A stretch of 64,000 nucleotides of DNA from Chloroflexota bacterium (lineage in GTDB: Bacteria > Chloroflexota > Dehalococcoidia > Lucifugimonadales > UBA3495), in contig JAQBVF010000005.1 of assembly GCA_027623675.1 (NCBI GenBank), positions 74,236-138,235 of the forward strand. Direction: 5' to 3'. Numbering within the stretch: the stretch's first letter is position 1; each line of letters opens with the position of its first letter. A program made the position numbers and the translations under genes. Below the pieces are notes generated by a model. That model worked only from the letters and a program-made list of their open reading frames with translations. It searched no databases and was not told the origin of the DNA. Below are positions 18,506 to 29,278 of this stretch, piece by piece.

Positions 18506-19501
18506 TTAGCCTGCCGCCAGCGCGCGGACCTCTTTGGCCTTGGCCGGAAGGTCGTAGGTGGTCCAGGTAGCGCCATCGTCCAGCGAGCCAAAGACCTGCC
18601 CGTCGCGGGAGTTGCAGAACACGTGGCCAGGGGCGCGAGGGTCCACGGCCACCGTCATCATGGTCGAGTTGGGGGCGATGCCGCGGTCCACCCGCTCGAA
18701 TGTTTTGAACAGGTCACGGCTCCGGTAGAGCGCGCCCTGTTCGCTGCGGGCGGCGGCCCCGATGGAAACGTAGAGCATGTTGGGGTCGTGGGGCGCCGAT
18801 TTCAGGTCGCGGGTGTAGGTGATCTCCGAGAAGTTCCCGAAATCCACCGGTATCCACTCGCTGCCCCGGTCTGGGCCGATGAACGGACCTTGGCGGGTGG
18901 TGATGAAAACCGTGTGCGGCATGGCGGCCGAGCACTGGGCGCCGTGCAGGTCCAGGGTGTCTTCACTGGGGGCCAACGTTCCGGATATCTCGTCCCAGGT
19001 GTCGCCGCCGTCGGCGCTGCGGATCACTCCCGCCACCTCTAGGGCGGCGTACATCTCATCGGGGTGGTTGGGGTCGGCGCACAGGGCGACAACCCGGGTC
19101 GGGAAGGCCATGCTGATCTCCGCCGAACCCATGGACTTGGTGAGCAACTGCCAGGAGTCGCCGCTGTTGGTGCTGCGGTAGATCTCGCCGGGAGCCGTGC
19201 CCAGGTACATGACGGTCGGGTCGCCGGGCCGGAACATGAAGGTCCAGACTGGAGCGCCGGTCCTGGGGTAATCCAGCCGCTCCCAACTGGTGCCCCGGTT
19301 GGCGCTGCGGTAGGGGCCGTCTTGGGTCCCGGCGTAGACGACCTCGGGATCGTCGGGATGGATGATTATGCCGGGCACCATGGTGTCGGCCGGCAGTCCT
19401 TTAGTCAGTTCCTCCCACTGGCTTGCGCCGGGAGACAGCCGGTAGAGGCCGCTGGTCTCGGCCCCGGCATAGACGTAGGTGTTATTGCTTGACGTGGTCA
19501 T
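18506..19501 (-). CDS. BNR/Asp-box repeat beta-propeller protein
   Basis: repeated YRSxN/DxGxSW Asp-box motifs. Confidence 0.85.
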   Translation of the reverse strand: MTTSSNNTYVYAGAETSGLYRLSPGASQWEELTKGLPADTMVPGIIIHPDDPEVVYAGTQDGPYRSANRGTSWERLDYPRTGAPVWTFMFRPGDPTVMYLGTAPGEIYRSTNSGDSWQLLTKSMGSAEISMAFPTRVVALCADPNHPDEMYAALEVAGVIRSADGGDTWDEISGTLAPSEDTLDLHGAQCSAAMPHTVFITTRQGPFIGPDRGSEWIPVDFGNFSEITYTRDLKSAPHDPNMLYVSIGAAARSEQGALYRSRDLFKTFERVDRGIAPNSTMMTVAVDPRAPGHVFCNSRDGQVFGSLDDGATWTTYDLPAKAKEVRALAAG

Positions 19502-19550
19502 GTCTTTCCCCCAATAGATTAAGAAGCGCGGATGTGCGCCGAAGTATAGC

Positions 19551-19820
19551 TCAAGAAGCTGGGCTGGACTCCTTAACCTCTTCCAACTCGAAATTAAAGT
19601 CCTCGATGACGGGGTTGGCCAGCAGCTTCTGGCACATCTCGGTCACCGCCTGCTCGGCGGCGGCACGGTCGGCCTCGTCGACTTTCACAAGCAGATACTT
19701 GCCCACACGCATATCTCCGGCATTGCCGAACCCCAGGCGGCGCAGGCTGGCCAGCACCGTTAGACCTTGGGGGTCGTTCACCGTGGGCTTGAGTGTGACG
19801 TGTATTCGGGCTTGGTACAT
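19551..19820 (-). CDS. purS: phosphoribosylformylglycinamidine synthase subunit PurS
   Basis: VTLKPTVNDPQG, RVGK, MCQKLLANPVIEDF. Confidence 0.95.
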   Translation of the reverse strand: MYQARIHVTLKPTVNDPQGLTVLASLRRLGFGNAGDMRVGKYLLVKVDEADRAAAEQAVTEMCQKLLANPVIEDFNFELEEVKESSPAS

Positions 19821-19882
19821 ATAGATGCGAAACCTCAGGTGATTCGTGGCCAATGGCGGACGGGTCGTCGGGCTTTTCCTGC

Positions 19883-20515
19883 TCAGCAAGGAACGCGTTC
19901 CGGTCCCAGACCGCCGGCGTAGGCCTCGAAGAACCTGGCGATGCGCTCCTGATTGACACCTTGGAACGAATCCAAGACACCCCAGGTGCTGAGGGCTATC
20001 TGTCCCTCCGGTATCGCATCGTAAGCGCGGGCAACGCCCCAGACGTTGTACAGGCCGATGTTGCTCAAAGCGTTGCGGAGCGAGTCAATCTCGGCCGGGT
20101 CGGTCAGGTTATAGCTGATCACGATGTTGCCGTGCTCCATGTTATGGACCACCCGTTCATCGGGCAGCTGGTCGGTGTAAAATCCGCAACGGGCCGGCGT
20201 GGGCCAATGATTCCCCGAGGTTGGAGGCACGCTATTATAGGTGGCCCGGGTCCCATCGGCTATGTGGTCGGCGGACAAAATTTCTTGTTGGATGCCGATT
20301 CCCTCAACATACTGCTGGGCATCCCCTGTCTGAGCGCTGCCGCCACCGCCGCTGAAGCTGGCGAAGGCGAAACTGGCGATCACCAGGACCGCGATGATGA
20401 CGGACGCGGCCAGGTAAAGCTTATTGGTCTTCTTTCGACGGGGCGTGGAAATCATGTTGCCGGAGCGGGCCGCCCTGTTGGCCGCCCTGCCGCGGCGGCG
20501 TCTTGAAACTGGCAA
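19883..20515 (-). CDS. DUF3105-type membrane-anchored protein
   Basis: N-terminal TM; YNSVPPTSGNHW and VHNMEHG motifs. Confidence 0.82.
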   Translation of the reverse strand: MPVSRRRRGRAANRAARSGNMISTPRRKKTNKLYLAASVIIAVLVIASFAFASFSGGGGSAQTGDAQQYVEGIGIQQEILSADHIADGTRATYNSVPPTSGNHWPTPARCGFYTDQLPDERVVHNMEHGNIVISYNLTDPAEIDSLRNALSNIGLYNVWGVARAYDAIPEGQIALSTWGVLDSFQGVNQERIARFFEAYAGGLGPERVPC

Positions 20516-20575
20516 TGTATCGTCCTCCGATTTGGGCCGTGGTCTGCTTATTGGAAGCCAGCCGAAACTGAGCTT

Positions 20576-21472
20576 TTAGAGCCGCGTTCCGGTCAATTTG
20601 TAATACGCCTCCCGATACCGTTCGGACGTCTTTGCCACCACGTCGTCGGGTAGTTCAGGGGCGGGCGGCTCGTGGTCCCAGCCCTGGGCATCCAGCCAGT
20701 CCCGTACGAATTGCTTGTCGTAGTTGGGCTGAGACTTGCCGGGAGCGTATCCTGCGGCGTCCCAGAACCGGCTGGAATCGGGGGTCAGCAGCTCGTCGAT
20801 CAGGGTGAGTTCTCCGTCGATGATGCCGAACTCCATCTTGGTGTCGGCCAGCACGATGCCCCGTTGCTTGGCGAAGTCGTGGGCCACCTTGAAGACCGCT
20901 TTGCTCACGTCCTCCAATCGACGGGCCATGTCTGCCCCGACCATGTCGATGACCTCTTCATCGGTCATGTTCTCGTCGTGGCCCTCTTCGGCCTTGGTGG
21001 TGGGGGTGAAGATGGGCTCGGGAAAGGCCTGGCCTTCCACCATGCCCTCCTCCACTTTCTTGCCGGAGACGGTGCCCTGGCGGCGGTATTCGCCCCAAGC
21101 CGACCCGGTGATGTAACCCCGCACGATGCACTCTAGATCCAGGCGTTCGGCCCGTTTCACCACCATGGACTGCCGGGCGATCTCAGGCGTAAGGGCGTCG
21201 GCGATACTGCTGCCCTTCAGATACTGGGCGGCTTCAGGGGAGTCGGCCAGGCAGATCAGGTGGTTGGGCACCACGTCTTTGGTGAGGTCGAACCAGAAGG
21301 CCGAGATGCGGTTTAGCACCAGGCCCTTGTCGGTGATGCCGGTGGGAAGTACCACGTCGAACGCCGAGATGCGGTCGGTGGCGACCATCAGCAGATGTCC
21401 GCCGCCCAGGCCGTAGGTATCCCGGACCTTGCCACGATGAAGAATCTCGGGCATCTGGGTTTCCAATATCAT
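20576..21472 (-). CDS. purC: SAICAR synthetase
   Basis: GKVRD, ATDRISAFD, DTKMEFG, DELLTPDSSRFW. Confidence 0.97.
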   Translation of the reverse strand: MILETQMPEILHRGKVRDTYGLGGGHLLMVATDRISAFDVVLPTGITDKGLVLNRISAFWFDLTKDVVPNHLICLADSPEAAQYLKGSSIADALTPEIARQSMVVKRAERLDLECIVRGYITGSAWGEYRRQGTVSGKKVEEGMVEGQAFPEPIFTPTTKAEEGHDENMTDEEVIDMVGADMARRLEDVSKAVFKVAHDFAKQRGIVLADTKMEFGIIDGELTLIDELLTPDSSRFWDAAGYAPGKSQPNYDKQFVRDWLDAQGWDHEPPAPELPDDVVAKTSERYREAYYKLTGTRL

Positions 21473-21524
21473 TTCGATCTCTATCCTTTAATTTGCGTTA
21501 GGTATCTCGCGTTAGGTAAGCAGC

Positions 21525-22823
21525 CTAGGCTTGGCCCAGACCCAGCCGGGCGAAAGTATCATTGACGTACCGGGTGAAGTACCCGTAGTCGAACAACTCG
21601 TCGAATTCCGCCGGCGTCAGCTTTTCGCCGGCCTTGGCGTCGGCGCGCAGCAGGTCCCTAAAGTCTTTGGCTTCGTCCCAACTGCGGCCCGCGTTGGTCT
21701 GGACGATCTTGTAGGCCTCTTCGCGGGCCAGCCCTTTGTCCACCAGCGCCAGGAGGACGCGTTGGCTGAATATCAGTCCCCGGCTGCTTTCGATGTTCTC
21801 CATCATTCGGTCGGGGAAGACCCGCAGGCCCTCGATGATGCCGCTGAAGATGCTGAGGATGTAGTCCAAGGCCAGGCATGAGTCAGGGAGGATGATGCGT
21901 TCGGCCGACGAGTGGCTGATGTCCCGCTCGCCCCAGAGGGCCACGTTCTCCAGCGCCGTGTTGGCATTGCCGCGGATCAGCCGCGCCAGACCGCAGATGC
22001 GCTCAGCCAGTTCGGGATTGCGCTTATGGGGCATGGAAGACGACCCGGTCTGCCCGTGGCCGAAGGGTTCTTCCACCTCGTGAATCTCGGTGCGCTGCAG
22101 AGCGCGAATCTCGGTGGCGAACTTCTCCATAGAGGCGGCGACCAGGGCCAGCGTGCTCATGAAATGGGCGTGCCGGTCCCGCTGGATGATCTGGTTGGTT
22201 ATCTTGGCGACCTTCAGTCCCAGTTCGCGGCAGACGGTTTCTTCCACCGATGGCGGGACGGTGGCGTGGGTGCCCACCGCGCCGGAGACCATGCCCACCC
22301 GCAGGCCCTCGATGGCGTCGGTCAGCCGAACCTTTTGGCGTTGCATCTCGTCCCACCACAGGGCTAGGCGCAGGCCCATGGTCATGGGTTCGGCGTGGAC
22401 CCCGTGGGTCCGGCCCATGGCCAGGGTGTCTTTGTGTTCCACTGCCCTCTGGGCCAGGGCGGCGATGGCCCGGTCCATCTCGATCTGCAGCAGACCGCCC
22501 GCCTCAACCAACTGAAGGTTCAGGCCGGTGTCCAGCATGTCGTTGGAGGTTAGACCCAGATGGAGCCAGCGGCCCTCCGGCCCCATCGACTCGGTGATGG
22601 AACTGAGGAATGCCGTGACGTCATGGCGGGTCGTCTCGAATATCTCCATCATGCGCGTGTGGTTGTATCGGGCCTTCCGCAATTTGACCATGTCGTCTTG
22701 GGGGATGACCCCTTCGACGGTCCAGGCTTCGCAGGCGGCCAATTCCACGGCCATCCACTTGAGGTATTTGTTTTCATCGGACCAAACCTGCTTCATGGCC
22801 GGCCTGGAATAGCGGTCAATCAC
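21525..22823 (-). CDS. purB: adenylosuccinate lyase
   Basis: MIDRY, GRTHGVHAEP, GSSSMPHKRNP. Confidence 0.97.
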   Translation of the reverse strand: MIDRYSRPAMKQVWSDENKYLKWMAVELAACEAWTVEGVIPQDDMVKLRKARYNHTRMMEIFETTRHDVTAFLSSITESMGPEGRWLHLGLTSNDMLDTGLNLQLVEAGGLLQIEMDRAIAALAQRAVEHKDTLAMGRTHGVHAEPMTMGLRLALWWDEMQRQKVRLTDAIEGLRVGMVSGAVGTHATVPPSVEETVCRELGLKVAKITNQIIQRDRHAHFMSTLALVAASMEKFATEIRALQRTEIHEVEEPFGHGQTGSSSMPHKRNPELAERICGLARLIRGNANTALENVALWGERDISHSSAERIILPDSCLALDYILSIFSGIIEGLRVFPDRMMENIESSRGLIFSQRVLLALVDKGLAREEAYKIVQTNAGRSWDEAKDFRDLLRADAKAGEKLTPAEFDELFDYGYFTRYVNDTFARLGLGQA

Positions 22824-23548
22824 GCCGTTGTCTCCTCGTAGCCCAGGTTGCTTCCCGACTCCTGGCCGGTCTGTGCATAGTCCCTGACCGACAGCAACAT
22901 GCCTTGGAAATCGCTGAACGCCCGGTAGGGGATCTTATGGTCGTCGCAGAGTTGGGCCAGGGTCCGGTGGGCGAAGGTCACGTCGGCCACGCGGGCAGCC
23001 TCCAGGTCGGAGAAGCCGTCGCCGGCGAAGAACACATGGCAACCGCGTTCTTGGAACGACCGCACCACGAAGCCCTTGGAGTTTCCCTGGCTCTCCTGGC
23101 CCGGATCCGTATGGTTGTAGTGGTAGGCTATCTGGCCGTTCTCGAAGCTGGTGTCGACGGCATAAACGGGCACATGACCAGCCCCGGCCCGCTCCAACAG
23201 GGCTTGGATGTAGAAGTCCAAGCCCTGGCTGACCACTGCCATGGGGAAGCCGTTGGCCCGGCAAAAGCCCAATAGCTCTTTGAAGTAGGGACGGAGGCTG
23301 GCGTGTTCTTTCACGTAGGACTGCATCGTGGCGCGGTCCGCCTTGATGTCCCGGAAGGTGATCTCCTGGTATTCCTTCAGGTTGATCTGGCCATCGCGGA
23401 ATCGTTGCCTCACGTCCTGCCAGCCCGGTCCGCCGAACTCGTTGAGCAGCATCTCCGCCACGTTTTGGACCGCGGCTGTATCGTCGAAATCGGTGAGGAC
23501 AGCGGGATGCGGTCTACCGCTCGCGGAGTTCGCGCCGGTAGTCTTCAT
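22820..23548 (-). CDS. HAD-IB family phosphatase, MtnX-like
   Basis: DFDDT motif I, VVSQG motif II, GDGFSD motif IV. Confidence 0.85.
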   Translation of the reverse strand: MKTTGANSASGRPHPAVLTDFDDTAAVQNVAEMLLNEFGGPGWQDVRQRFRDGQINLKEYQEITFRDIKADRATMQSYVKEHASLRPYFKELLGFCRANGFPMAVVSQGLDFYIQALLERAGAGHVPVYAVDTSFENGQIAYHYNHTDPGQESQGNSKGFVVRSFQERGCHVFFAGDGFSDLEAARVADVTFAHRTLAQLCDDHKIPYRAFSDFQGMLLSVRDYAQTGQESGSNLGYEETTA

Positions 23549-23972
23549 AAGCCTGCCTTATCTTGTCGTACTTCAGGCCCAAAATCTGGGCGGCGTAATA
23601 TCCGGCGTTCCGTGCGCCCCAGCTTCCCACGGCCATGCAGGCAACCGGGATGCCCGGCGGCATCTGGGCCGTTGACATCAGGGCGTCGATGCCCTTGAGT
23701 TCGCTGGAAGCTAGCGGAATGCCGATGACCGGCAACGTGGTCATGGACGCCAACGCTCCGGCCAAGGCCGCTGATCCGCCGGCGGCCGCGATCAGCACTT
23801 CGATGCCCCGGTCCCGTGCGGTTTGGGCGTATTCATGGACCCGTTCCGGGGTGCGGTGGGCCGACATGACCCGGGTCTCGAAATCGATGCCCATCTGTTC
23901 CAGAGTCTTGATGGTATCCTGCACCACGGGTTCATCCGAAGCGCTTCCCATAATAACACCTACGAGTGGCAA
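23514..23972 (-). CDS. purE: N5-CAIR mutase
   Basis: VIMGSASD, SAHRTP, QMPPGIPVA; AGGAGG RBS. Confidence 0.96.
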   Translation of the reverse strand: MPLVGVIMGSASDEPVVQDTIKTLEQMGIDFETRVMSAHRTPERVHEYAQTARDRGIEVLIAAAGGSAALAGALASMTTLPVIGIPLASSELKGIDALMSTAQMPPGIPVACMAVGSWGARNAGYYAAQILGLKYDKIRQAYEDYRRELRER

Positions 23973-24063
23973 AAGAACCTCCTATCCACGCTCAAATCAG
24001 CGGCCCACGGCCTCCGTTCTCGCACTGGATGAAATATAAAATTATGGCGTGATCTCTCGGTTT

Positions 24064-24540
24064 TTACAGTTCCAGTTCGTCCCGAAAAGCCTCGACCAAT
24101 CCCTGTTCGAGGGCATCTCGTTCGGGCCGAATCTCGATATCGTTTATCTGTAGATAGATCCCTTCGTCGGACAGCCCCAGGTCGACCGCAATCTCCATCT
24201 CACCGCCCTCTTCCCAGGTCAAGACGGTAGTGATGACGTCGGTGTCCTCGTCGTCCGGCTCACCTCCGTTCATGCTGATCCCGGCGTCCAACTCCGGGTC
24301 ATCCGCGTCTGCCCCGCCCGACTCCCAGCCGACGATCCTCTCGATCTCGCCCTTGCCTTCCAGCAACGTGGCGTTCATCTCAGCCAGCAATTCTTCCACG
24401 CCAAGGGTCTGGGCCATGCGGGAAAGGTCTTCTCGCTCCTTCCGCAGTTCGGCCTCCTCCTCGGCGACGCGGGCCTGGCGTTGGGCTCGGACATCCGTTA
24501 GTTCGCTCTTCAACCCTTCCAATGTATCGTGCCAGGTCAT
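24064..24540 (-). CDS. hypothetical acidic protein with N-terminal coiled coil
   Basis: intact ORF co-oriented within the pur cluster. Confidence 0.7.
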   Translation of the reverse strand: MTWHDTLEGLKSELTDVRAQRQARVAEEEAELRKEREDLSRMAQTLGVEELLAEMNATLLEGKGEIERIVGWESGGADADDPELDAGISMNGGEPDDEDTDVITTVLTWEEGGEMEIAVDLGLSDEGIYLQINDIEIRPERDALEQGLVEAFRDELEL

Positions 24541-24572
24541 GGGCCTTTCCTATCTGCGCTATTTCTTCTGGG

Positions 24573-25127
24573 TTATTTCTTCTGGGTAGCCTGGTAGGCC
24601 AACTCGTCAATCTCCCGGAAATCCCGCAGGCCGGTGCGGCCCCGTAACCGGTTCATGGCATCGAGAACATCTAGGTAACGGATGCCCATCGGCCCGCGCT
24701 TTATGGTGTCGGGAAGCAGCCCTGCCTGTTTGAGCAATCGTTCGGCTGGGGCGTTCCAAACGGCGAACAATCCGGGATCGGTCAGGCACAGTAGGTAAGA
24801 GGAGAACTCCTTCCCGGCGCCGGCCAAGAAATAAGCTCCCTCAGGCGCGGCGCACTCGTCGAACCGCCCTTCCAGCTTGATATTATCATAGAGCAGAAAG
24901 TCCACGCCGTCCCTTAATTCATCGATTTCGTTGGTCTTGAATAACGCGGTTTTCCTGCCGCCCGACGCACGGTAGAGTTGGAGAGCCCGGTCCATGTCCA
25001 GACCGGTCAGAGCGTCCTGTTGCAGCCACTCGTGAAACTCGGCCGACCTCTGCCATTTCTTCCGGCGGTAGGCCAGCAGGCGCGGGTCGTCAACATCCAG
25101 TGTGAGCAGATCGTGGAGCTTTTGCAT
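24573..25127 (-). CDS. hypothetical protein
   Basis: intact ORF starting 4 bp after the purD stop. Confidence 0.7.
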   Translation of the reverse strand: MQKLHDLLTLDVDDPRLLAYRRKKWQRSAEFHEWLQQDALTGLDMDRALQLYRASGGRKTALFKTNEIDELRDGVDFLLYDNIKLEGRFDECAAPEGAYFLAGAGKEFSSYLLCLTDPGLFAVWNAPAERLLKQAGLLPDTIKRGPMGIRYLDVLDAMNRLRGRTGLRDFREIDELAYQATQKK

Positions 25128-25131
25128 CGGC

Positions 25132-26448
25132 TTAACCGGCCCCCTGGCGTGCCGGGTTGGCCGCGCCCTGGTTCGCCGCCGAGGCGATATCCCGCCGCCA
25201 GTTGGCGCCCTGAAAGCTGATGCGCTCCAACCGGGCGTAGGCGCGCTGCCGGGCCTGCTCGATGCTGTCGCCGCCGCCGACCACGGTCAGCACCCGTCCG
25301 CCGGAGGTTAGCGGCGGCCCGGAGATGCCGTCCGGCCCCAACTTGGTCCCCGCATGAAAGACCATCGTTTCGCCGGAGTCGGCTTCGTCCAGGCCCGATA
25401 TCTCGAACCCGGTCTGGTATTCCTCGGGGTAGCCTCCGGAGACCATCGCCACGCCGACGTAACTCTTGGTATCCCACCGCACGGAGGCTGGATCCAGCTT
25501 GCCCTGGGCGCAGGCCAGCATCAGGTCCAAGGGGTCGGAGGCCAGCTTGGGCATGAGGACCTGGGTTTCGGGGTCGCCCAACCGGCAATTGAATTCCAGC
25601 ACTTTTGGCCCGGCGTCGGTCAGCATAAGCCCGGCATACAACACGCCTTTATACGGCGAGCCGCGCTCGGACATGGCCCGGACCACCGGCTGCATGATGG
25701 TCCTCTCGATCTGCGCGGCCAACTCCGGCGTCCAGAGATCGGGCTGGCTGTAGCTGCCCATGCCGCCGGTGTTGGGGCCTTGATTGCCATCGCCCAGCCG
25801 CTTGTAATCGCAGGCGGCGGCCAAGGGGGAGAGGCGTTCTCCGTCGCAAAAGGCGAAGACGCTGACCTCCGGCCCGGTTAGATACTCTTCTAGCACCACG
25901 GTGTCGCCGGCCTCGCCGAAGGCCCGGTCGGACATGCACAGCTTCACCGCGGCCTGGGCCTGCTGGGAGTCTTCGCAGATGAGAACGCCTTTACCAGCGG
26001 CCAGCCCGTCGGCCTTCACAACCAGGGGGCCGGGGTGACTGCTGATGTAGGTGCTGGCGGAAGCTTCGTCCCAGACGGCGGCGAAGTCCGGACAGGGAAC
26101 TCCGGCATCCCGCATCAGATCCAGGGCAAACGCCTTGCTGGCCTCTATCTGAGCGGCGGCTTGGCTGGGGCCGAACACGGGGATGCCAACCTCGTCCAAC
26201 CTGTCGGCCAGCCCCAGAGCCAACGGCCCCTCGGGTCCGACGACCACCAGGTCGGCGGCCACCTTTTGGGCGGCGGCGACCAGGGCGCCGACATCGCTGG
26301 AGCGAATCTCGATATTCTCAGCCAGGGCGGCGGTCCCGGCGTTGCCGGAGGCCACCCATAACCGGGTCAGGTTGGGGCTCTGCTTGATACGCCAAGCCAG
26401 GGCATGTTCCCTGGCGCCGGAGCCAACGATCAACACCTTCACGAGCAA
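25132..26448 (-). CDS. purD: phosphoribosylamine-glycine ligase
   Basis: GSGAREHAL, VVKADGLAAGKGV, GPNTGGMG, LEFNCRLGDPE. Confidence 0.97.
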   Translation of the reverse strand: MLVKVLIVGSGAREHALAWRIKQSPNLTRLWVASGNAGTAALAENIEIRSSDVGALVAAAQKVAADLVVVGPEGPLALGLADRLDEVGIPVFGPSQAAAQIEASKAFALDLMRDAGVPCPDFAAVWDEASASTYISSHPGPLVVKADGLAAGKGVLICEDSQQAQAAVKLCMSDRAFGEAGDTVVLEEYLTGPEVSVFAFCDGERLSPLAAACDYKRLGDGNQGPNTGGMGSYSQPDLWTPELAAQIERTIMQPVVRAMSERGSPYKGVLYAGLMLTDAGPKVLEFNCRLGDPETQVLMPKLASDPLDLMLACAQGKLDPASVRWDTKSYVGVAMVSGGYPEEYQTGFEISGLDEADSGETMVFHAGTKLGPDGISGPPLTSGGRVLTVVGGGDSIEQARQRAYARLERISFQGANWRRDIASAANQGAANPARQGAG

Positions 26449-26643
26449 CGCCTGTTTTTAAGGGGGCGCGGAATGTTGCTGGTCATGGCTGTTTCATCGC
26501 CTTGAGCGGAAGAATTCTCGGGAAAATTCCCGGCTCGTCCAAAGGGAACTTTAGGTCCTCCGATGCATCGGGGAGACTCCCGGCTAGATCGGAGATCAGG
26601 GCAGGACTCCGACCCGTCCGAGCGCTGGATCGATGGCCGCGGT

Positions 26644-28245
26644 CTATTCCCACTCGATGGTGCCAGGTGGTTTGCTGGTGATGTCGTAGACCACCCGGTT
26701 CACGCCGGGCACCTCGTTAACGATACGGTTGGACATGCGGGCCAGCACCTCGTAGGGCAGGCGCACCCAATCGGCGGTCATGGCGTCGTCGCTGGAGACG
26801 GCCCGGATGGCGCATACATAGCCGTAGGTGCGGTAATCTCCCTGAACACCAACGGTTCGGCTGTTGCTCAGAACCGCGAAGCTCTGCCACATCTGGTCAT
26901 AGAGATTGGCGGCTTTGATCTCGTCGATCACGATCCAGTCGCATTTCCGCAACATCTCCAGGCGTTCCGGGGTGACTTCGCCGATGATCCTGATGGCCAG
27001 GCCTGGGCCGGGGAATGGCTGGCGGTAGACCATGTCGTTGGGCAATCCCAGCGCCAATCCGACCTCGCGTACCTCGTCCTTGAACAGATAGCGGAGTGGC
27101 TCCACCAACTCCAGCTTCATGTTCTCCGGCAGTCCGCCGACGTTGTGGTGGGTCTTGATGCGTGCTGAGGTGCGGTTCTCCGGGGACTCGCTTTCAATCA
27201 CATCGGGGTAGAGGGTACCCTGGGCCAGGAAATCCGTGTGGCCCAGCCCCGATGCGGCGTCCTCGAAGACCCGGATGAACTCTTCGCCGATCACCTTACG
27301 CTTTAACTCGGGGTCGGTGACGTTCTTAAGCTTGTCCAAGAACCGGTCGGTTGCGTCCACGTAAGTCAGGTTCAGCCCAAGACCGCGTTTGAAGGTTGCT
27401 TGGACGCGCTCGGCTTCTTCCAGGCGCAGCAGACCGTTATTCACGAAGATACAGGTGAGTTGGTCGCCGATGGCCTGGTGCAGCAGCCCGGCGGTGACCG
27501 CCGAGTCCACTCCGCCGGAAAGGGCGCAAATCACTTTGCCGTCGCCGACCTGCTCCCGGATGTTCTTGATGGAGTCGTGGACCACGTTGCCGGGGGTCCA
27601 GTCGCCCTTGCAACCACAGGCCTTGAACAGGAAGTTGTTGAGGATGTCCTGCCCCAGCGGAGTGTGGTTCACCTCGGGATGGAACTGGATGCCGAACATG
27701 TTATCGCCGTTGCCGATGGCGGCCACTGGGGAGTTCTCGGTGTAGGCCATGCTGGTGAAGCCGGGGGGCAACGACTCAACCCGGTCGCCGTGGCTCATCC
27801 AAACCTGGAAGGACGGCGGCAGGTCGTCGAACAGAGCGGCGTCTCCGGCGTCGTCTTGGTGAAGGACGGCGTAACCGAATTCCTGCTTGTCGCCTGGGGC
27901 CACTTTGCCGCCCAGTTGGTGCACCAGAGCCTGCATGCCGTAGCAGATGCCAAGGACCGGGAGACCGCGCTCAAAGACCCAATCGGGGATCTGGGGGGCG
28001 CCTTCTTCGTAGACGCTGGCCGGTCCGCCGGAGAGGATGACGCCCTTGGGGTTGAGGTGCTTGATGGAATCCCAGGTGCTCTTGGACTGGGCAATCATCG
28101 AGTAGACATTCAACTCGCGGATGCGGCGGGCTATCAGGTGGCTGTACTGCGAGCCGAAGTCGATGACGACCACGCCCTCGCTGACAGATTGCTGGCCGTC
28201 GTCATCATCGGGGCCAACGCCCTCCAAGCCCTTGGCGATCTCCAA
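26644..28245 (-). CDS. guaA: GMP synthase (glutamine-hydrolysing); true start may lie upstream
   Basis: [39 protein letters not shown]. Confidence 0.97.
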   Translation of the reverse strand: MEIAKGLEGVGPDDDDGQQSVSEGVVVIDFGSQYSHLIARRIRELNVYSMIAQSKSTWDSIKHLNPKGVILSGGPASVYEEGAPQIPDWVFERGLPVLGICYGMQALVHQLGGKVAPGDKQEFGYAVLHQDDAGDAALFDDLPPSFQVWMSHGDRVESLPPGFTSMAYTENSPVAAIGNGDNMFGIQFHPEVNHTPLGQDILNNFLFKACGCKGDWTPGNVVHDSIKNIREQVGDGKVICALSGGVDSAVTAGLLHQAIGDQLTCIFVNNGLLRLEEAERVQATFKRGLGLNLTYVDATDRFLDKLKNVTDPELKRKVIGEEFIRVFEDAASGLGHTDFLAQGTLYPDVIESESPENRTSARIKTHHNVGGLPENMKLELVEPLRYLFKDEVREVGLALGLPNDMVYRQPFPGPGLAIRIIGEVTPERLEMLRKCDWIVIDEIKAANLYDQMWQSFAVLSNSRTVGVQGDYRTYGYVCAIRAVSSDDAMTADWVRLPYEVLARMSNRIVNEVPGVNRVVYDITSKPPGTIEWE

Positions 28246-28635
28246 GTAGGCCGATACCTCCAGGTCGTCACTGGTGGCGACCCGCCGTCCTTGTGGCAGC
28301 TTGCTTTCAGTCGTGGTGCAGCCTCCTGAGTGGCCTGATCAGTAGCCTAAGATCGGAATAGGTGCGGCCCTGACGGCCGCACGACATAGTTGGAACGATT
28401 ATACCGGCTGGGCACGGGCGAGTATACCGGTTGGGGTCGACATAAAGTCAACCGGTTGGCGGAGAAGAACTCCTTGGTTTTTGTTCAAATTTCCGGGCCT
28501 CTTGTTGGAGTTTTTAGGAAATTTCTTATAAAGGTTCTTTGGGGTATTCGCCTGGCAGGTCTCGGCTCTTTGAGGGTGGCCCTGTGATATACTCTGCCCG
28601 CCGCGGAAACTAGCATATCGAGGCGTGTACCACCA

Positions 28636-29268
28636 GTGGCGGAAACCCAGAGCTGCACCGGGCCAGGCGACTTGGTAACGGCTGTATCGCATCTAAGAGA
28701 AGGAGGGGTGGTGGCCATCCCCACTGACACCCTTTACGGACTGGCCGCCGACGTTTTCGACACCGCCGCCATCGACCGGGTCTTCGCCATCAAGGGCCGC
28801 AGCGAAAACATGGCCCTGCCGGTGTTGGTCAACGGCTGGGAGCAGGCCCAAACCATTCTTAAAGACGCACCGTCCCAAGCCAGGAGATTGACCGACCGGT
28901 TCTGGCCGGGCGGACTGACGTTGGTGGGCCGGAAGGCCAAGGCGGTGCCCGATCGCCTTACTGCGGGAGGCCCAACCGTGGCGGTCAGGATGCCCGATCA
29001 TCAGGTCCCCATCGCGCTGATCAACGGACTTGGCAGGCCCATCACCGGAACCAGCGCCAACATCAGCGGCGGCGCCGACATATCCAGCCTGGACGAATTG
29101 ATCGCCTTGATGGGCGGCCTGGTGGGCCACATCGTCAGGACCGGCCCGGCTCCCGCCGGGACCGCGTCAACTATAGTTGACATAACTTCCGGCCGGCCCA
29201 AGCTGCTGCGGGAAGGGGCCGTGGCCTTCGAATCGGTGCTGGAAACCTGGGACCAACAGGCTTATTAG
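28636..29268 (+). CDS. tsaC: L-threonylcarbamoyladenylate synthase (TsaC/YrdC)
   Basis: PTDTLYGL, IKGR, FWPG, TSANISG. Confidence 0.93.
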   Translation: MAETQSCTGPGDLVTAVSHLREGGVVAIPTDTLYGLAADVFDTAAIDRVFAIKGRSENMALPVLVNGWEQAQTILKDAPSQARRLTDRFWPGGLTLVGRKAKAVPDRLTAGGPTVAVRMPDHQVPIALINGLGRPITGTSANISGGADISSLDELIALMGGLVGHIVRTGPAPAGTASTIVDITSGRPKLLREGAVAFESVLETWDQQAY

Positions 29269-29278
29269 GAAACAAGAG

